24,000 nt of DNA from Thermococcus kodakarensis KOD1 (GCF_000009965.1 NC_006624.1:816681-840680), one strand, 5' to 3'. Shown: positions 1 through 8,586, counted from the first letter of the stretch. Numbers and translations are program-made. The notes: generated from the letters alone by a model not told the origin.

Positions 1-74
1 TTATTCCCGTTATTTTCTCAAGCTTCACTAGGGTTAAAAGGGTATGTCTTCTTTGCTTCTATGGTGGTGAGAAA

Positions 75-1049
75 GTGATAGTGCGCACGCCTAGGAGGCT
101 CCACCTCGGCCTCATAGACCCTACGGGCAGCCTCGGAAGACGGTTTGGGAGTATTGGGGTAGCAATCGATGGAGGCTACGAGGTAAGGGTTCTCCCCTCT
201 GAAAAGATGGAAATCAAAGCTCAGGGAGAGGATATCGAGACGATCGAGAAAACTTTAGGGAGAATGAACGCCGCTTTTGGGACTGGGGTGAACTATCTCG
301 TTGAAGTCAGGCGTGGAATTCCAAGGCACGTTGGTCTCGGTTCCACTACCCAGCTCAGCCTGGCCGTTGGAACTGCAGTGGCGAGGCTCAACGGAATTCA
401 TGTCTCGATAGGGGAACTTGCTAGAGCCCTTGGAAGGGGCAAGAACAGCGGCGCTGGAATATACACCTTCGCCTACGGCGGATTTGTGCTGGATGGCGGT
501 GTCAGGAACTCCGTCCCGCCGCTGGTACTCCGCGAGGACTTTCCGGAAGAGTGGGCGTTTCTCCTGGTAATTCCGGAGCTTAAGCGCGGCCCAGACGAGG
601 AGGAGGAAAAGCCCGCGATGGAGTCAAGCTTTGGCGACGTTGAAGCGGCCAGGGAGATAAGCCACAGGATTCTGCTCGGTCTTCTACCGACCCTCAAAGA
701 GCGCAATATAAAGGCCTTTGGAGAGCATCTGAGTGCCATACAGAAGCTCGTGGGCAGGCACTTTGCAGGATTCCAGGGCGGAGAGTTCAGGGAGGACATC
801 TCTCTGATAGTGAAGTTTCTCAACGAAAAGACGTATGGAGCGGGCCAGAGCAGCTGGGGACCTACTGTTTACGGCCTGATCCTGAAGTCGGAATTCCAGA
901 GTGCCAGCAGCGAGGTTTTCGACTACCTGAAGGATCAGGGGATAAAGGCCAAGATTGAACTGGGAATTCCAAGGAACACTGGGGCAGAGATCGTTGAGGA
1001 GAACGCCTTCCTGATCAGGATTATAAAAAGCGTCGCCGGTGGTCAGTGA
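75..1049 (+). CDS. GHMP-kinase-fold protein, beta-ribofuranosylaminobenzene 5'-phosphate (RFAP) synthase-like family
   Basis: 324-aa ORF with a GTG start and the SD-like GGTGGTGAG just upstream. It has a GHMP motif-2-like 'VGLGSTTQLSLAVG' and an N-terminal 'RLHLGLID'. The stop overlaps the next start by 1 nt (TGATG at 1047-1051). The family assignment is from memory of archaeal RFAP-synthase/GHMP homologs. Confidence 0.6.
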   Translation: MIVRTPRRLHLGLIDPTGSLGRRFGSIGVAIDGGYEVRVLPSEKMEIKAQGEDIETIEKTLGRMNAAFGTGVNYLVEVRRGIPRHVGLGSTTQLSLAVGTAVARLNGIHVSIGELARALGRGKNSGAGIYTFAYGGFVLDGGVRNSVPPLVLREDFPEEWAFLLVIPELKRGPDEEEEKPAMESSFGDVEAAREISHRILLGLLPTLKERNIKAFGEHLSAIQKLVGRHFAGFQGGEFREDISLIVKFLNEKTYGAGQSSWGPTVYGLILKSEFQSASSEVFDYLKDQGIKAKIELGIPRNTGAEIVEENAFLIRIIKSVAGGQ

Positions 1050-1840
1050 TGAGCCTGGAGCGTTTTGTAAAAATAAAGTACCAGACGAACGAGGAAAAAG
1101 CCGACAAACTTGTAGAAGGTCTTAAAGAGCTGGGTATCGAGTGCGCGAGGATCATAGAGGAAAAGGTAGACCTCCAGTTCGACGCCCTCAGACACCTCCG
1201 CGAAAATCTGAACGACGATGAGACCTTCATCAAGCTGGTAATAGCCAACTCCATAGTCAGCTACCAGCTGAGCGGGAAGGGAGAGGACTGGTGGTGGGAG
1301 TTCTCAAAGTATTTCTCCCAAAATCCTCCAGAGAAGAGCATAGTTGAGGCATGCTCAAAGTTTCTACCCTCATCAAGAACCAACCGCCGGCTCGTCGCCG
1401 GAAAGATCAAGAGGTTGGAAAAGCTCGAGCCGTTTCTAAACTCGCTGACGCTCCAAGAACTTAGGAGGTACTACTTTGAGAATATGATGGGACTGCGGAA
1501 CGACATTGCAGAAGCCCTGGGATCTCCAAAAACCGCAAAGACCGTGGTTTTCGCCGTCAAGATGTTTGGCTACGCGGGTAGAATAGCCTTCGGGGAGTTT
1601 GTCCCGTATCCAATGGAGATAGACATTCCCGAGGACGTCAGAATAAAAGCCTACACCGAAAGGATAACTAACGAGCCGCCGGTGAGCTTCTGGAGAAGGG
1701 TCGCCGAAGAAACGGGAATTCCACCGCTCCATATAGACTCAATCCTGTGGCCAGTGCTTGGGGGGAAGCGGGAAGTAATGGAACGGCTGAAGAAGGTCTG
1801 CGAGAAGTGGGAGTTAGTTCTTGAGCTCGGATCCCTCTGA
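1049..1840 (+). CDS. Archaeal 8-oxoguanine DNA glycosylase / N-glycosylase-DNA lyase (AGOG family)
   Basis: The ORF has strong blocks recalled from Pyrobaculum AGOG: 'SYQLSGKGEDWWWEFSKYFSQ', 'KTVVFAVKMFGYA' and 'ETGIPPLHIDSILWP'. The ATG at 1049 is preferred over the in-frame GTG at 1046. Confidence 0.75.
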   Translation: MSLERFVKIKYQTNEEKADKLVEGLKELGIECARIIEEKVDLQFDALRHLRENLNDDETFIKLVIANSIVSYQLSGKGEDWWWEFSKYFSQNPPEKSIVEACSKFLPSSRTNRRLVAGKIKRLEKLEPFLNSLTLQELRRYYFENMMGLRNDIAEALGSPKTAKTVVFAVKMFGYAGRIAFGEFVPYPMEIDIPEDVRIKAYTERITNEPPVSFWRRVAEETGIPPLHIDSILWPVLGGKREVMERLKKVCEKWELVLELGSL

Positions 1841-1851
1841 TTTTCCTTTTT
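1841..1851 (+). terminator. Oligo-T tract (TTTTCCTTTTT) directly after the AGOG stop codon
   Basis: Archaeal termination typically uses T-runs, and this tract starts 1 nt after the stop. A TATA-like TTTATATT at 1891-1898 then precedes the permease gene. Confidence 0.35.
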
Positions 1852-1943
1852 AAACTGCCCTCTGTGGAATGTTGCGGAGACCGATAGTCTTTTATATTAC
1901 TGCCTTTAGTTCTATTTGGTTAAAACTTCATGGGTGATAAGCG

Positions 1944-2789
1944 ATGCACTGGGGGCTGAAGCTTGAATTTATCAAAAGCATGAGAACGAAGAAGGTCTGG
2001 GTTCTGCTCGGCATAATGATGCTTCTCTACGTGCCGGGGTTCTACCTAGAAAAAATGAACGGAAATACGCCTCAAACCGTTGGTGAGGCAGTAAACATGC
2101 TCGTCAGCAACATCGAGGATCTGGCAGGGTTCTTCCTTGGAATACTCGCGCTCCTCCTTGGTGCCACCGCAATAAACTCCGACCTTGAGAACGGGACGAT
2201 AAGGGTAGCCCTCAGCAAACCAGTGAGGAGAATAGGCTACCTTGGGGGCAAGTTCCTAGCCCATGTTGTTGTGCTCCTCGCGGCGCTCCTCCTGATGACG
2301 GTGATAGGTATAATCGGCCTCGCCTGGATGGGGGCACCGTTCGGCCAAAAGCTCGTCACCGAGTCAATGCTCCTGAACTTTCTTCTTCTGCTCGCGATGA
2401 TCCAGCTCGTTGCACTGGGCTACATCCTCTCCACGATGATAAAATCTTCAGGAACGGCCCTTGGAGCAGCTCTGGCGCTGTTCTTCATACTCTTCATGCT
2501 CATACCGAGCATCGTCTCGTTCATGGCAATCAAAGACTACGTCTTCGACGAGAACGTGAACTACGATGAGGTCGCGGAGAGGGTGGACGAGTACACTACA
2601 AAGTACCTGTTCTATTCACCGCTCTCCCAGATGGGGGTGATTCTCGGTGACGTGTACGAGGACGGCAATTACGTAGGCATTGCCCACGCCATAGGTAAGA
2701 ACCCGGTAAACTTCGGTTTGATAGTCGGTATGACCATCGTGTACTTTGGAGGGGCCTTTCTGAGGTTTGCCAGGATGGATTTGAGGTGA
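1944..2789 (+). CDS. ABC-2 type transporter permease
   Basis: 281-aa ORF with several long hydrophobic segments (about six by eye). It lies immediately upstream of an ABC ATPase (gap under 10 nt). An SD-like GGGTGAT sits at 1932-1938. Confidence 0.75.
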   Translation: MHWGLKLEFIKSMRTKKVWVLLGIMMLLYVPGFYLEKMNGNTPQTVGEAVNMLVSNIEDLAGFFLGILALLLGATAINSDLENGTIRVALSKPVRRIGYLGGKFLAHVVVLLAALLLMTVIGIIGLAWMGAPFGQKLVTESMLLNFLLLLAMIQLVALGYILSTMIKSSGTALGAALALFFILFMLIPSIVSFMAIKDYVFDENVNYDEVAERVDEYTTKYLFYSPLSQMGVILGDVYEDGNYVGIAHAIGKNPVNFGLIVGMTIVYFGGAFLRFARMDLR

Positions 2790-2798
2790 TGGTTTGTG

Positions 2799-3716
2799 AT
2801 GAGGGTTGAGAATCTCGTCAAATTCTACAAGGACGTTAAGGCCCTCAACGGCCTCAACCTAGAAGTAAAACCAGGCCAAATCTACGGCTTCCTAGGCCCA
2901 AACGGAGCAGGAAAAAGCACGACAATCCTGAGCACCCTCGGCCTAATCTTCCCACAACAAGGCCGCATACAACTCTTCGACCTAGAAGTCTTCAGGGATG
3001 GAAAATTCGACGAGAACAAACTCGTCCAAGCAAAGAAGAGAATCGGCTACATGCCCGAACACGCAACCCTCTGGGACTTCCTCACACCAGTCCAAACCCT
3101 CGACATAATCGCGGATGCATTCAAAATACCAAAAACCGAGAAGGAGAAAAGAATCAAAGAACTCCTAGACTTAGTAGGCCTAAGCGAGGCTAAGAACAGG
3201 AAGGTGGGCAAATTCTCGAAGGGCATGAGACAGAGGCTCCTCCTAGCCCAGGCACTCATCAACGACCCAGACCTCTTAATCCTCGACGAGCCAATGAGCG
3301 GTCTAGATCCAAAGGGCATCGCCGAGTTCAAGGACATTATCAGGGAGCAGAGAAAAGCCGGAAAAACGGTCTTCTTCTCAAGCCACATCCTGGCCCACGT
3401 TGAGGAAATCTGCGATACCGTTGGAGTCATCGTGAAGGGAAAACTCATCAGGGAAGGAAGCTTGGAGGAGATTAAGCGCGAGTTCCTTGAGAAAGCGGGC
3501 TACACGATAATTCTGGAGACGAGCAAGCCCGTCGACTGGAGCAGTGCTCCCTGGCGCGCTTCACCCCTCGGCGAGAACAAGTACAGGATTGTGGCCGAGA
3601 GAGACATTAGAGAAGAACTCCACGACTACGTTGCAAAACAAGGAGCAAAAATACTCACCCTACAAATCAAAGAACCCACCCTCGAAGAAATATTCCTAAA
3701 AATGGTAAAAGAGTGA
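2799..3716 (+). CDS. ABC transporter ATP-binding protein
   Basis: Walker A 'GPNGAGKST', ABC signature-like 'FSKGMRQRL', Walker B 'LLILDEP' and an H-loop 'SSHIL'. The ATG at 2799 is preceded by GAGGTGAT. Confidence 0.9.
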   Translation: MRVENLVKFYKDVKALNGLNLEVKPGQIYGFLGPNGAGKSTTILSTLGLIFPQQGRIQLFDLEVFRDGKFDENKLVQAKKRIGYMPEHATLWDFLTPVQTLDIIADAFKIPKTEKEKRIKELLDLVGLSEAKNRKVGKFSKGMRQRLLLAQALINDPDLLILDEPMSGLDPKGIAEFKDIIREQRKAGKTVFFSSHILAHVEEICDTVGVIVKGKLIREGSLEEIKREFLEKAGYTIILETSKPVDWSSAPWRASPLGENKYRIVAERDIREELHDYVAKQGAKILTLQIKEPTLEEIFLKMVKE

Positions 3717-3730
3717 AGAGAGGATTCTCC

Positions 3731-4462
3731 TCACTCTTTCTTTTCTGGAGCTTTCGCTATTATCCTTGCGTCAACGACAACTGCTCCCTTGCCCTTCTCG
3801 TAGACGAAGACAGGGTTGAGGTCCATCTCCTTGATGTAGTCCCTGAGCTCATCAACGAGCTGAGACACTTTAAGGAGCATGTCCACGATGGCGTCTATGT
3901 CGGCTGGCTCTTCACCGCGCGCTCCGGCCAGAATCGGGTAGCCCTTGATCTCTGCTATCATCTTCCTTGCGTCCTTCTCGGTTATTGGGATTATCCTGAA
4001 GGTCACGTCCTTGAGTACCTCGACGAAGATGCCACCGAGGCCGAACATTATCGCGTGGCCGAACTGCGGGTCTTCTGTGACACCGATGATAATCTCCCTT
4101 CCTGGCCTGAGCATCGGCGCTATGAGGACACCGAGAATCTCGGCATCGGGGCGGTACTTCCTCGCGTTCTCGTGAATCTCCTCCCACTTCTGCTTCAGCT
4201 CTTCGGGAGACTTTATGTTGAGTATGACGACCTTGGCGTCGCTCTTGTGGAGTATCTGAGGCGACATGAGCTTCATGGCGACAGGATATCCAATCTCTTC
4301 GGCGTACTCCAGTGCTTCATCAAGGGTCTTGGCAAGCTTTTCGTTTGGGACGGGCAGACTATAGGCCTTTAAGACCTGCTTGGCCTCGTACTCAACGAGC
4401 GCAGTCCTTCCAGACTTCAAAACGCTCTCAATAACCTTAAGGGCCTCTTCTTTGGCGCTCAT
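3731..4462 (-). CDS. acdB: ADP-forming acyl-CoA synthetase, beta subunit (ATP-grasp)
   Basis: N-terminus 'EYEAKQVLKAYSLPVP...GYPVAMKL.SPQILHKSD' is typical of the ATP-grasp beta subunit. The start is refined to the ATG at 4462 (MSAKEE), which has a GGGGGA SD and lies 4 nt after the acdA stop. Confidence 0.85.
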   Translation of the reverse strand: MSAKEEALKVIESVLKSGRTALVEYEAKQVLKAYSLPVPNEKLAKTLDEALEYAEEIGYPVAMKLMSPQILHKSDAKVVILNIKSPEELKQKWEEIHENARKYRPDAEILGVLIAPMLRPGREIIIGVTEDPQFGHAIMFGLGGIFVEVLKDVTFRIIPITEKDARKMIAEIKGYPILAGARGEEPADIDAIVDMLLKVSQLVDELRDYIKEMDLNPVFVYEKGKGAVVVDARIIAKAPEKKE

Positions 4463-4466
4463 AACA

Positions 4467-5891
4467 TCATTCCCCCTTAACCTTGCGGAGGTATTCAGCA
4501 TACCTCACGAGACCTGCCATGGCACGGACTCCCCTCTCGGGGGTCGGGTAAACGGGGACGCCCTTCTCCTCAAGCATCCTTGCGTAGCGGTCGGTCTTCC
4601 TTCCGCCCATAGCAACTGCCACTATCGGCTTGTCCGTCTTCTTCTGGTAGTCAGCGAGTATCTCGATGATCTTCTCCTCCTCAAGGAGCGGCACCTGGAA
4701 GAGGACGATGATGACTATCGCATCGACGTTCGGATCCTTCGTGAAGGCTTCAATAGCTATTCTGTACCTCTCGGCATCGGTGTCGCCCACGACATCGGTC
4801 GGGTTGCCAGCTACCGCGTGCGGCGGGAAGTTCTCCTCGAGAAACTTTATCGTCTCCTCGCTCAGCTCCGCCATCTTGAGGCCGAACCTGGCAACTGCGT
4901 CGCTCGCCATAACTCCAGCTCCACCGCCGTCGGTGATTATGCCTATCCTGTCGCCCTTCGGGAGCTTGTGGAGTAGTGCGGCGAAGGCCTTAGCAAGGTC
5001 GAACATGTGTTCGAAGTCCTCGGCGCGGATTATTCCAGTCTGCTTGAAGACCGCGTCGTAGATGGTGTCGGCTCCAGCGAGCGAGCCTGTGTGAGAAGAT
5101 GCAGCTTTAGCTCCGTACTCCGTTCTTCCGCTCTTCAAGGCGATTACGGGCTTAACCTTGGTGATCTTCTTTGCCGCCTCCATGAACTTCCTTCCGTCCT
5201 TGACGCCCTCGATGTAGAAGGTAACGACCTTTATCTCGTCGTCGTGGATGAAGTACTCCATGAGATCTGCATCGTCCACGTCGAGCTTGTTGCCGTAGCT
5301 GACCATCTTACCGATGCCTATGCCAGCCATAGCAGCCCAGTCGAGCATAGCAGCTGCGAATGCACCGCTCTGGCTAACGAAGGCTATTGGCCCGCTCTTC
5401 GGCCTGTCCATCTTCTCTTCCGGCAAGAAGACGGTATCAACGCCGGTATCTGGAACGTAAACGCCGACACAGTTGGGGCCGATGACCCTTATCCCGTTTG
5501 CCCTCGCTATCTCAAGTATCTCCTGCTCCATTCTCTTGCCTTCTTCTCCAAGCTCACCGAAGCCGCCGGTGATGATGACGACCGCCTTAATGCCCTTCTC
5601 AGCTACCTCCCTCATCGTTGCCGGCACGAACTTGGCCGGAATCGAGATAACGGCCAGATCAGTGTCATCGGGGAGCTCTTTAACGCTGTGGTAAACCTTG
5701 TAGCCCTCTATCTCGTCGAGCTTGGGGTTAACGGGGTAGATGTTGCCCTTGAAAATCCCGCGCTCCTTGTTCATTCTGAAGTTCTCAAAAATAACGTTTC
5801 CGACCTTTCCCTTCTTGTCGGTTGCACCGATGATTGCGACCGCCTTCGGGTCAAAGAAGGGCCTGAGTTCTTCGACGATTTTCTCTGACAT
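4467..5891 (-). CDS. acdA: ADP-forming acyl-CoA synthetase, alpha subunit (CoA-binding / succinyl-CoA-synthetase-like)
   Basis: 474 aa with 'PKAVAIIGATDKKGKVG' (CoA-binding Rossmann fold) and the phosphohistidine-loop-like 'ASSHTGSLAG'. An SD GGAGGGA precedes the start. A minus-strand TATA (TTTTTATA, plus-strand coordinates 5942-5949) lies about 50 nt upstream. Confidence 0.9.
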   Translation of the reverse strand: MSEKIVEELRPFFDPKAVAIIGATDKKGKVGNVIFENFRMNKERGIFKGNIYPVNPKLDEIEGYKVYHSVKELPDDTDLAVISIPAKFVPATMREVAEKGIKAVVIITGGFGELGEEGKRMEQEILEIARANGIRVIGPNCVGVYVPDTGVDTVFLPEEKMDRPKSGPIAFVSQSGAFAAAMLDWAAMAGIGIGKMVSYGNKLDVDDADLMEYFIHDDEIKVVTFYIEGVKDGRKFMEAAKKITKVKPVIALKSGRTEYGAKAASSHTGSLAGADTIYDAVFKQTGIIRAEDFEHMFDLAKAFAALLHKLPKGDRIGIITDGGGAGVMASDAVARFGLKMAELSEETIKFLEENFPPHAVAGNPTDVVGDTDAERYRIAIEAFTKDPNVDAIVIIVLFQVPLLEEEKIIEILADYQKKTDKPIVAVAMGGRKTDRYARMLEEKGVPVYPTPERGVRAMAGLVRYAEYLRKVKGE

Positions 5892-6130
5892 GCCTATCCC
5901 TCCTGAGAAAGCAACTTTCGAGTAAAAATTCCACGAGAATGTATAAAAATGTTGCGCAGAGAAAAATTCGAGCGCTGATGGATTTAAAGGTTCACCAGTG
6001 GACCGATTTTATAAAATGGGGGCCGCTCTTTTTTCTTTTTAAGTAGGGGGTCTTTATGATTTAGCCACTCCAAGGTCCCAGGTGTGATCGGGGATACCCT
6101 AAGTCTAACATAAACAACGCGTACAACGAC

Positions 6131-6835
6131 TTAGATATCCCCTCTTTCCCTCACCTTTCTCCTCACGTTGGGGTCGCGGTCGGCTATGATCTTCAGCGCC
6201 TCCTCGAAGCTCATCCAGTCGGGAACTTCTTCGTTGAGGTATATCCCGGTCCTACCAATGCTGTCCCTCCTCGTAAGGACGTGAACCCTCTCGGTAACGA
6301 TATCCACGCTCACTCCAAGTATTTTGGCGACTTCTGGCTCTCTTCCCATGACTTCCCTCTCTATGTGTCCCTTCTCCGTTGGGAGTATTAGGATGAGCTT
6401 TTTGTTAACTCCTGGGACTCTCTCCTTCGTTTTGACACCCCAGATGTCGATTGCCCCGCCCCAGCGGTAGAACTCAAGCTCCCTGTCCGTTGGTTCAAGC
6501 AGAGGAAATGTAACGCTAGTCTCCTCATCTATCTCGATGACGCCCTTTATCAGGTGCCATGGTGTTGCCATAACGATTTTTCTCCTCCGTACAAGGCCTT
6601 CGAGGGCCAGCTCGATGAGGTAGCTCGGAACCCGAATTGGAATGAAGATGTCTATGTCGCTGTCCTTTCTGACGTCTCCCCTAGCGACGCTTCCATAGAG
6701 GACGGGATCAAAGTCCTTCAGCCTCTCCATAATCTTTAGGGCATTCTCACGCTTTTCCCACAGGTAGCGCCAGCGTTTTGGGGAGTACACAACTTCCCTC
6801 TCGTCCCAGATTTTCACAACCTTCTCCCTGGGCAT
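6131..6835 (-). CDS. Pol-beta-superfamily nucleotidyltransferase with a possible C-terminal HTH-like segment
   Basis: 234 aa with the minimal NTase signature 'GSVARGDVRKDSDIDIF' (GS-x9-D-x-D). The C-terminal 'EVAKILGVSVDIVTERVHVL' resembles a helix-turn-helix. No SD is visible. A minus-strand TATA-like CTTATTAAA lies at 6859-6867. Confidence 0.6.
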   Translation of the reverse strand: MPREKVVKIWDEREVVYSPKRWRYLWEKRENALKIMERLKDFDPVLYGSVARGDVRKDSDIDIFIPIRVPSYLIELALEGLVRRRKIVMATPWHLIKGVIEIDEETSVTFPLLEPTDRELEFYRWGGAIDIWGVKTKERVPGVNKKLILILPTEKGHIEREVMGREPEVAKILGVSVDIVTERVHVLTRRDSIGRTGIYLNEEVPDWMSFEEALKIIADRDPNVRRKVRERGDI

Positions 6836-6919
6836 CGATTCGTTCTCTGTCGTTTTCCTTTAATAAGATAACCGATACCGTTTTATAGTACAGAACTAAG
6901 CCCACCCTGGTGAACAAAG

Positions 6920-7342
6920 ATGCCGGTGGTTGCACACAACCTCACGAAGGTTGAGGTAGAAAAACTCTCAGGAAGCATACCCACGGGTCAGATTCAGGTA
7001 AACTTGAGCCCAAAAATAGAAGATCTCAGGCTGGGAGAGGTAAGAACCCCAACTGGAAAGATAAACGGTGTTGAAGTGGTGTTCAGCTTTGAAGTGACTT
7101 ATCAGCCCGAGATTGCGAGGGCTGTCATCAAGGGACTTCTGCTGTACCTTCCCCCGAAGAAGGAAATGATTGACGAAATCCTGAACCTCTGGGAAGAGGA
7201 GAAAAAGGTAAACTCAGTGCTCTTTGTGGAAGTTACCAACTTCCTTACCAGCGAACTTTCGCCGCTCCTGATGATCATCTCCAAGGAGATGAGACTCCCA
7301 TACCACATTCCGCTTCCGAGGGCACAGCTGAGGACTCAGTAA
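6920..7342 (+). CDS. Conserved hypothetical small protein (possible SecB-like fold)
   Basis: 140-aa ORF with a TATA-like TTTTATAG at 6881-6888 and an SD-like GGTGAA 5 nt before the ATG. The order of predicted beta-strand and helix segments, and the C-terminal 'EMRLPYHIPLPRAQL', recall SecB. This is pattern similarity only. Confidence 0.45.
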   Translation: MPVVAHNLTKVEVEKLSGSIPTGQIQVNLSPKIEDLRLGEVRTPTGKINGVEVVFSFEVTYQPEIARAVIKGLLLYLPPKKEMIDEILNLWEEEKKVNSVLFVEVTNFLTSELSPLLMIISKEMRLPYHIPLPRAQLRTQ

Positions 7343-8517
7343 TAGCCCTCCGCCTCTAAAATCTTTTTGTTCACTTCCTCAAGCTGTGAGTTCTTTTCAA
7401 GGATCTTGACCAAGAGCTCATAAGCCTGGGCGGGCCTTTTCCTGGACACGTAGAACTCGGCAATCTCAACGATGTCGAGGAGGTCGTAGAGCCTCTGATT
7501 TGCGATGTAGGTCTTTAGCAGGGCCAGCCGTATCCTGATCTTCTGTTCAATGTTCGAGCTGATGTTGAGGGCCTCTTTATAGTGTTTAACTGCATCATCG
7601 AACTTGTTTATTCCGATTAATGCCTCGGCGAGCTCAATGAGCTTTTCCTGCGTCGCTTTATCGTCTCCTGCGGCGCGATAGGAACTCACTATTTGATAGA
7701 GCATCCTAACGGCGTTTATCCCAACGAGCTTTGCTCTGCCCGTGTTCTCACAGAGCATATATGCATACTGGGCCTTGACGAGGTTCGTTGCTGTCCCGTC
7801 AAGATCACCCTCGGAGTATGAAAGCTTGCTGGCCTTTTCATAGTTTTTAGCGGCCGTTTCCATAATCTCAAGGTAGTGAGAGTCGTGACCGAATATCGCC
7901 CTGACGTACTTAGCGAGCACGTAGAACGCGTCAGCGGCAGCCGAAAGGTTCTTACTTTCAACGAGATTCTCGGTGATTTCACCGTAGATATCGAGGAGTT
8001 TTCCAGCGATACGCTTTATGTCCGTCTCGCTACCCACTATCTTGTAGTAGTGAAACGCAGACTCGTAAACCCTGGCAGCAGTTTTGAGATCACCAGAGCT
8101 TTCAAAAGAATTCCCAAGCTCCTCGTAGATGTTCCCAAACCTAGTGCCGTACTTTGTCATGAACCTCGAGTCCCCCGTGACTGCAAAGACCTCAAGGACG
8201 TTCAGGGTGTATTGGTCAAGGGCATCCAGGTCAACATCGGGCTTTGATATCTCCTCCTCGACCAAGTTTATATAAAGTGACGCCGCTTTAAGAAGGTAAG
8301 GCCTGGCCTTCTCGGGGGAAGCCTTTCTAGTCAGATACCTCCCGATGTACCTGAACAGCCTCGCAGCATCCTCGTAGTTCTTTCTCTCTTCATACCTCTG
8401 GGCAGCTCTTAGTATTAACTTCAATCCCTCTTTAACCCTGCCGCTATCAACGTATTTAAACCCAATCTCCTCAATCTCCTCGGGGGATGTTGTTTCGGGC
8501 AAATCCAACTCTCTCAC
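7336..8517 (-). CDS. All-alpha TPR-like helical repeat protein, function unknown
   Basis: 393-aa ORF with recurring ~34-40 aa units carrying an 'A..Y..A...Y' spacing (for example 'DLKTAARVYESAFHYYK', 'AAADAFYVLAKYV', 'ETAAKNYEKASKL', 'DDAVKHYKEALNI'). Its 3' end overlaps the convergent gene by 7 nt. Confidence 0.55.
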   Translation of the reverse strand: MRELDLPETTSPEEIEEIGFKYVDSGRVKEGLKLILRAAQRYEERKNYEDAARLFRYIGRYLTRKASPEKARPYLLKAASLYINLVEEEISKPDVDLDALDQYTLNVLEVFAVTGDSRFMTKYGTRFGNIYEELGNSFESSGDLKTAARVYESAFHYYKIVGSETDIKRIAGKLLDIYGEITENLVESKNLSAAADAFYVLAKYVRAIFGHDSHYLEIMETAAKNYEKASKLSYSEGDLDGTATNLVKAQYAYMLCENTGRAKLVGINAVRMLYQIVSSYRAAGDDKATQEKLIELAEALIGINKFDDAVKHYKEALNISSNIEQKIRIRLALLKTYIANQRLYDLLDIVEIAEFYVSRKRPAQAYELLVKILEKNSQLEEVNKKILEAEGYY

Positions 8518-8586
8518 CCCATATCGTTACATTGGTGACCATACAGGTACTAAGGAAATGTTCACAGACCAATATTTAAGCGTTGC

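Noticed and set aside
3713-4372. 219-aa plus-strand ORF, with smaller ORFs at 3912-4187 and 3945-4175, overlapping acdB
   Set aside because: It is antisense to a gene with clear ATP-grasp homology and has low-complexity, motif-free composition. This is a typical shadow ORF produced by a G/C-rich third-position bias.
4380-5925. Plus-strand ORFs (198, 131, 293, 73 and 61 aa) opposite acdA
   Set aside because: All lie antisense to a well-supported 474-aa CoA-ligase gene. None has an SD or recognisable motifs. They are shadow ORFs.
6056-6107. C/D-box sRNA-like layout (ATGATTT ... TCCC ... GTGATCG ... CTAA with roughly 12-14 nt spacers)
   Set aside because: The spacing is suggestive, but every box is degenerate at the G-A positions needed for k-turn formation. 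There is no proper RUGAUGA or CUGA.
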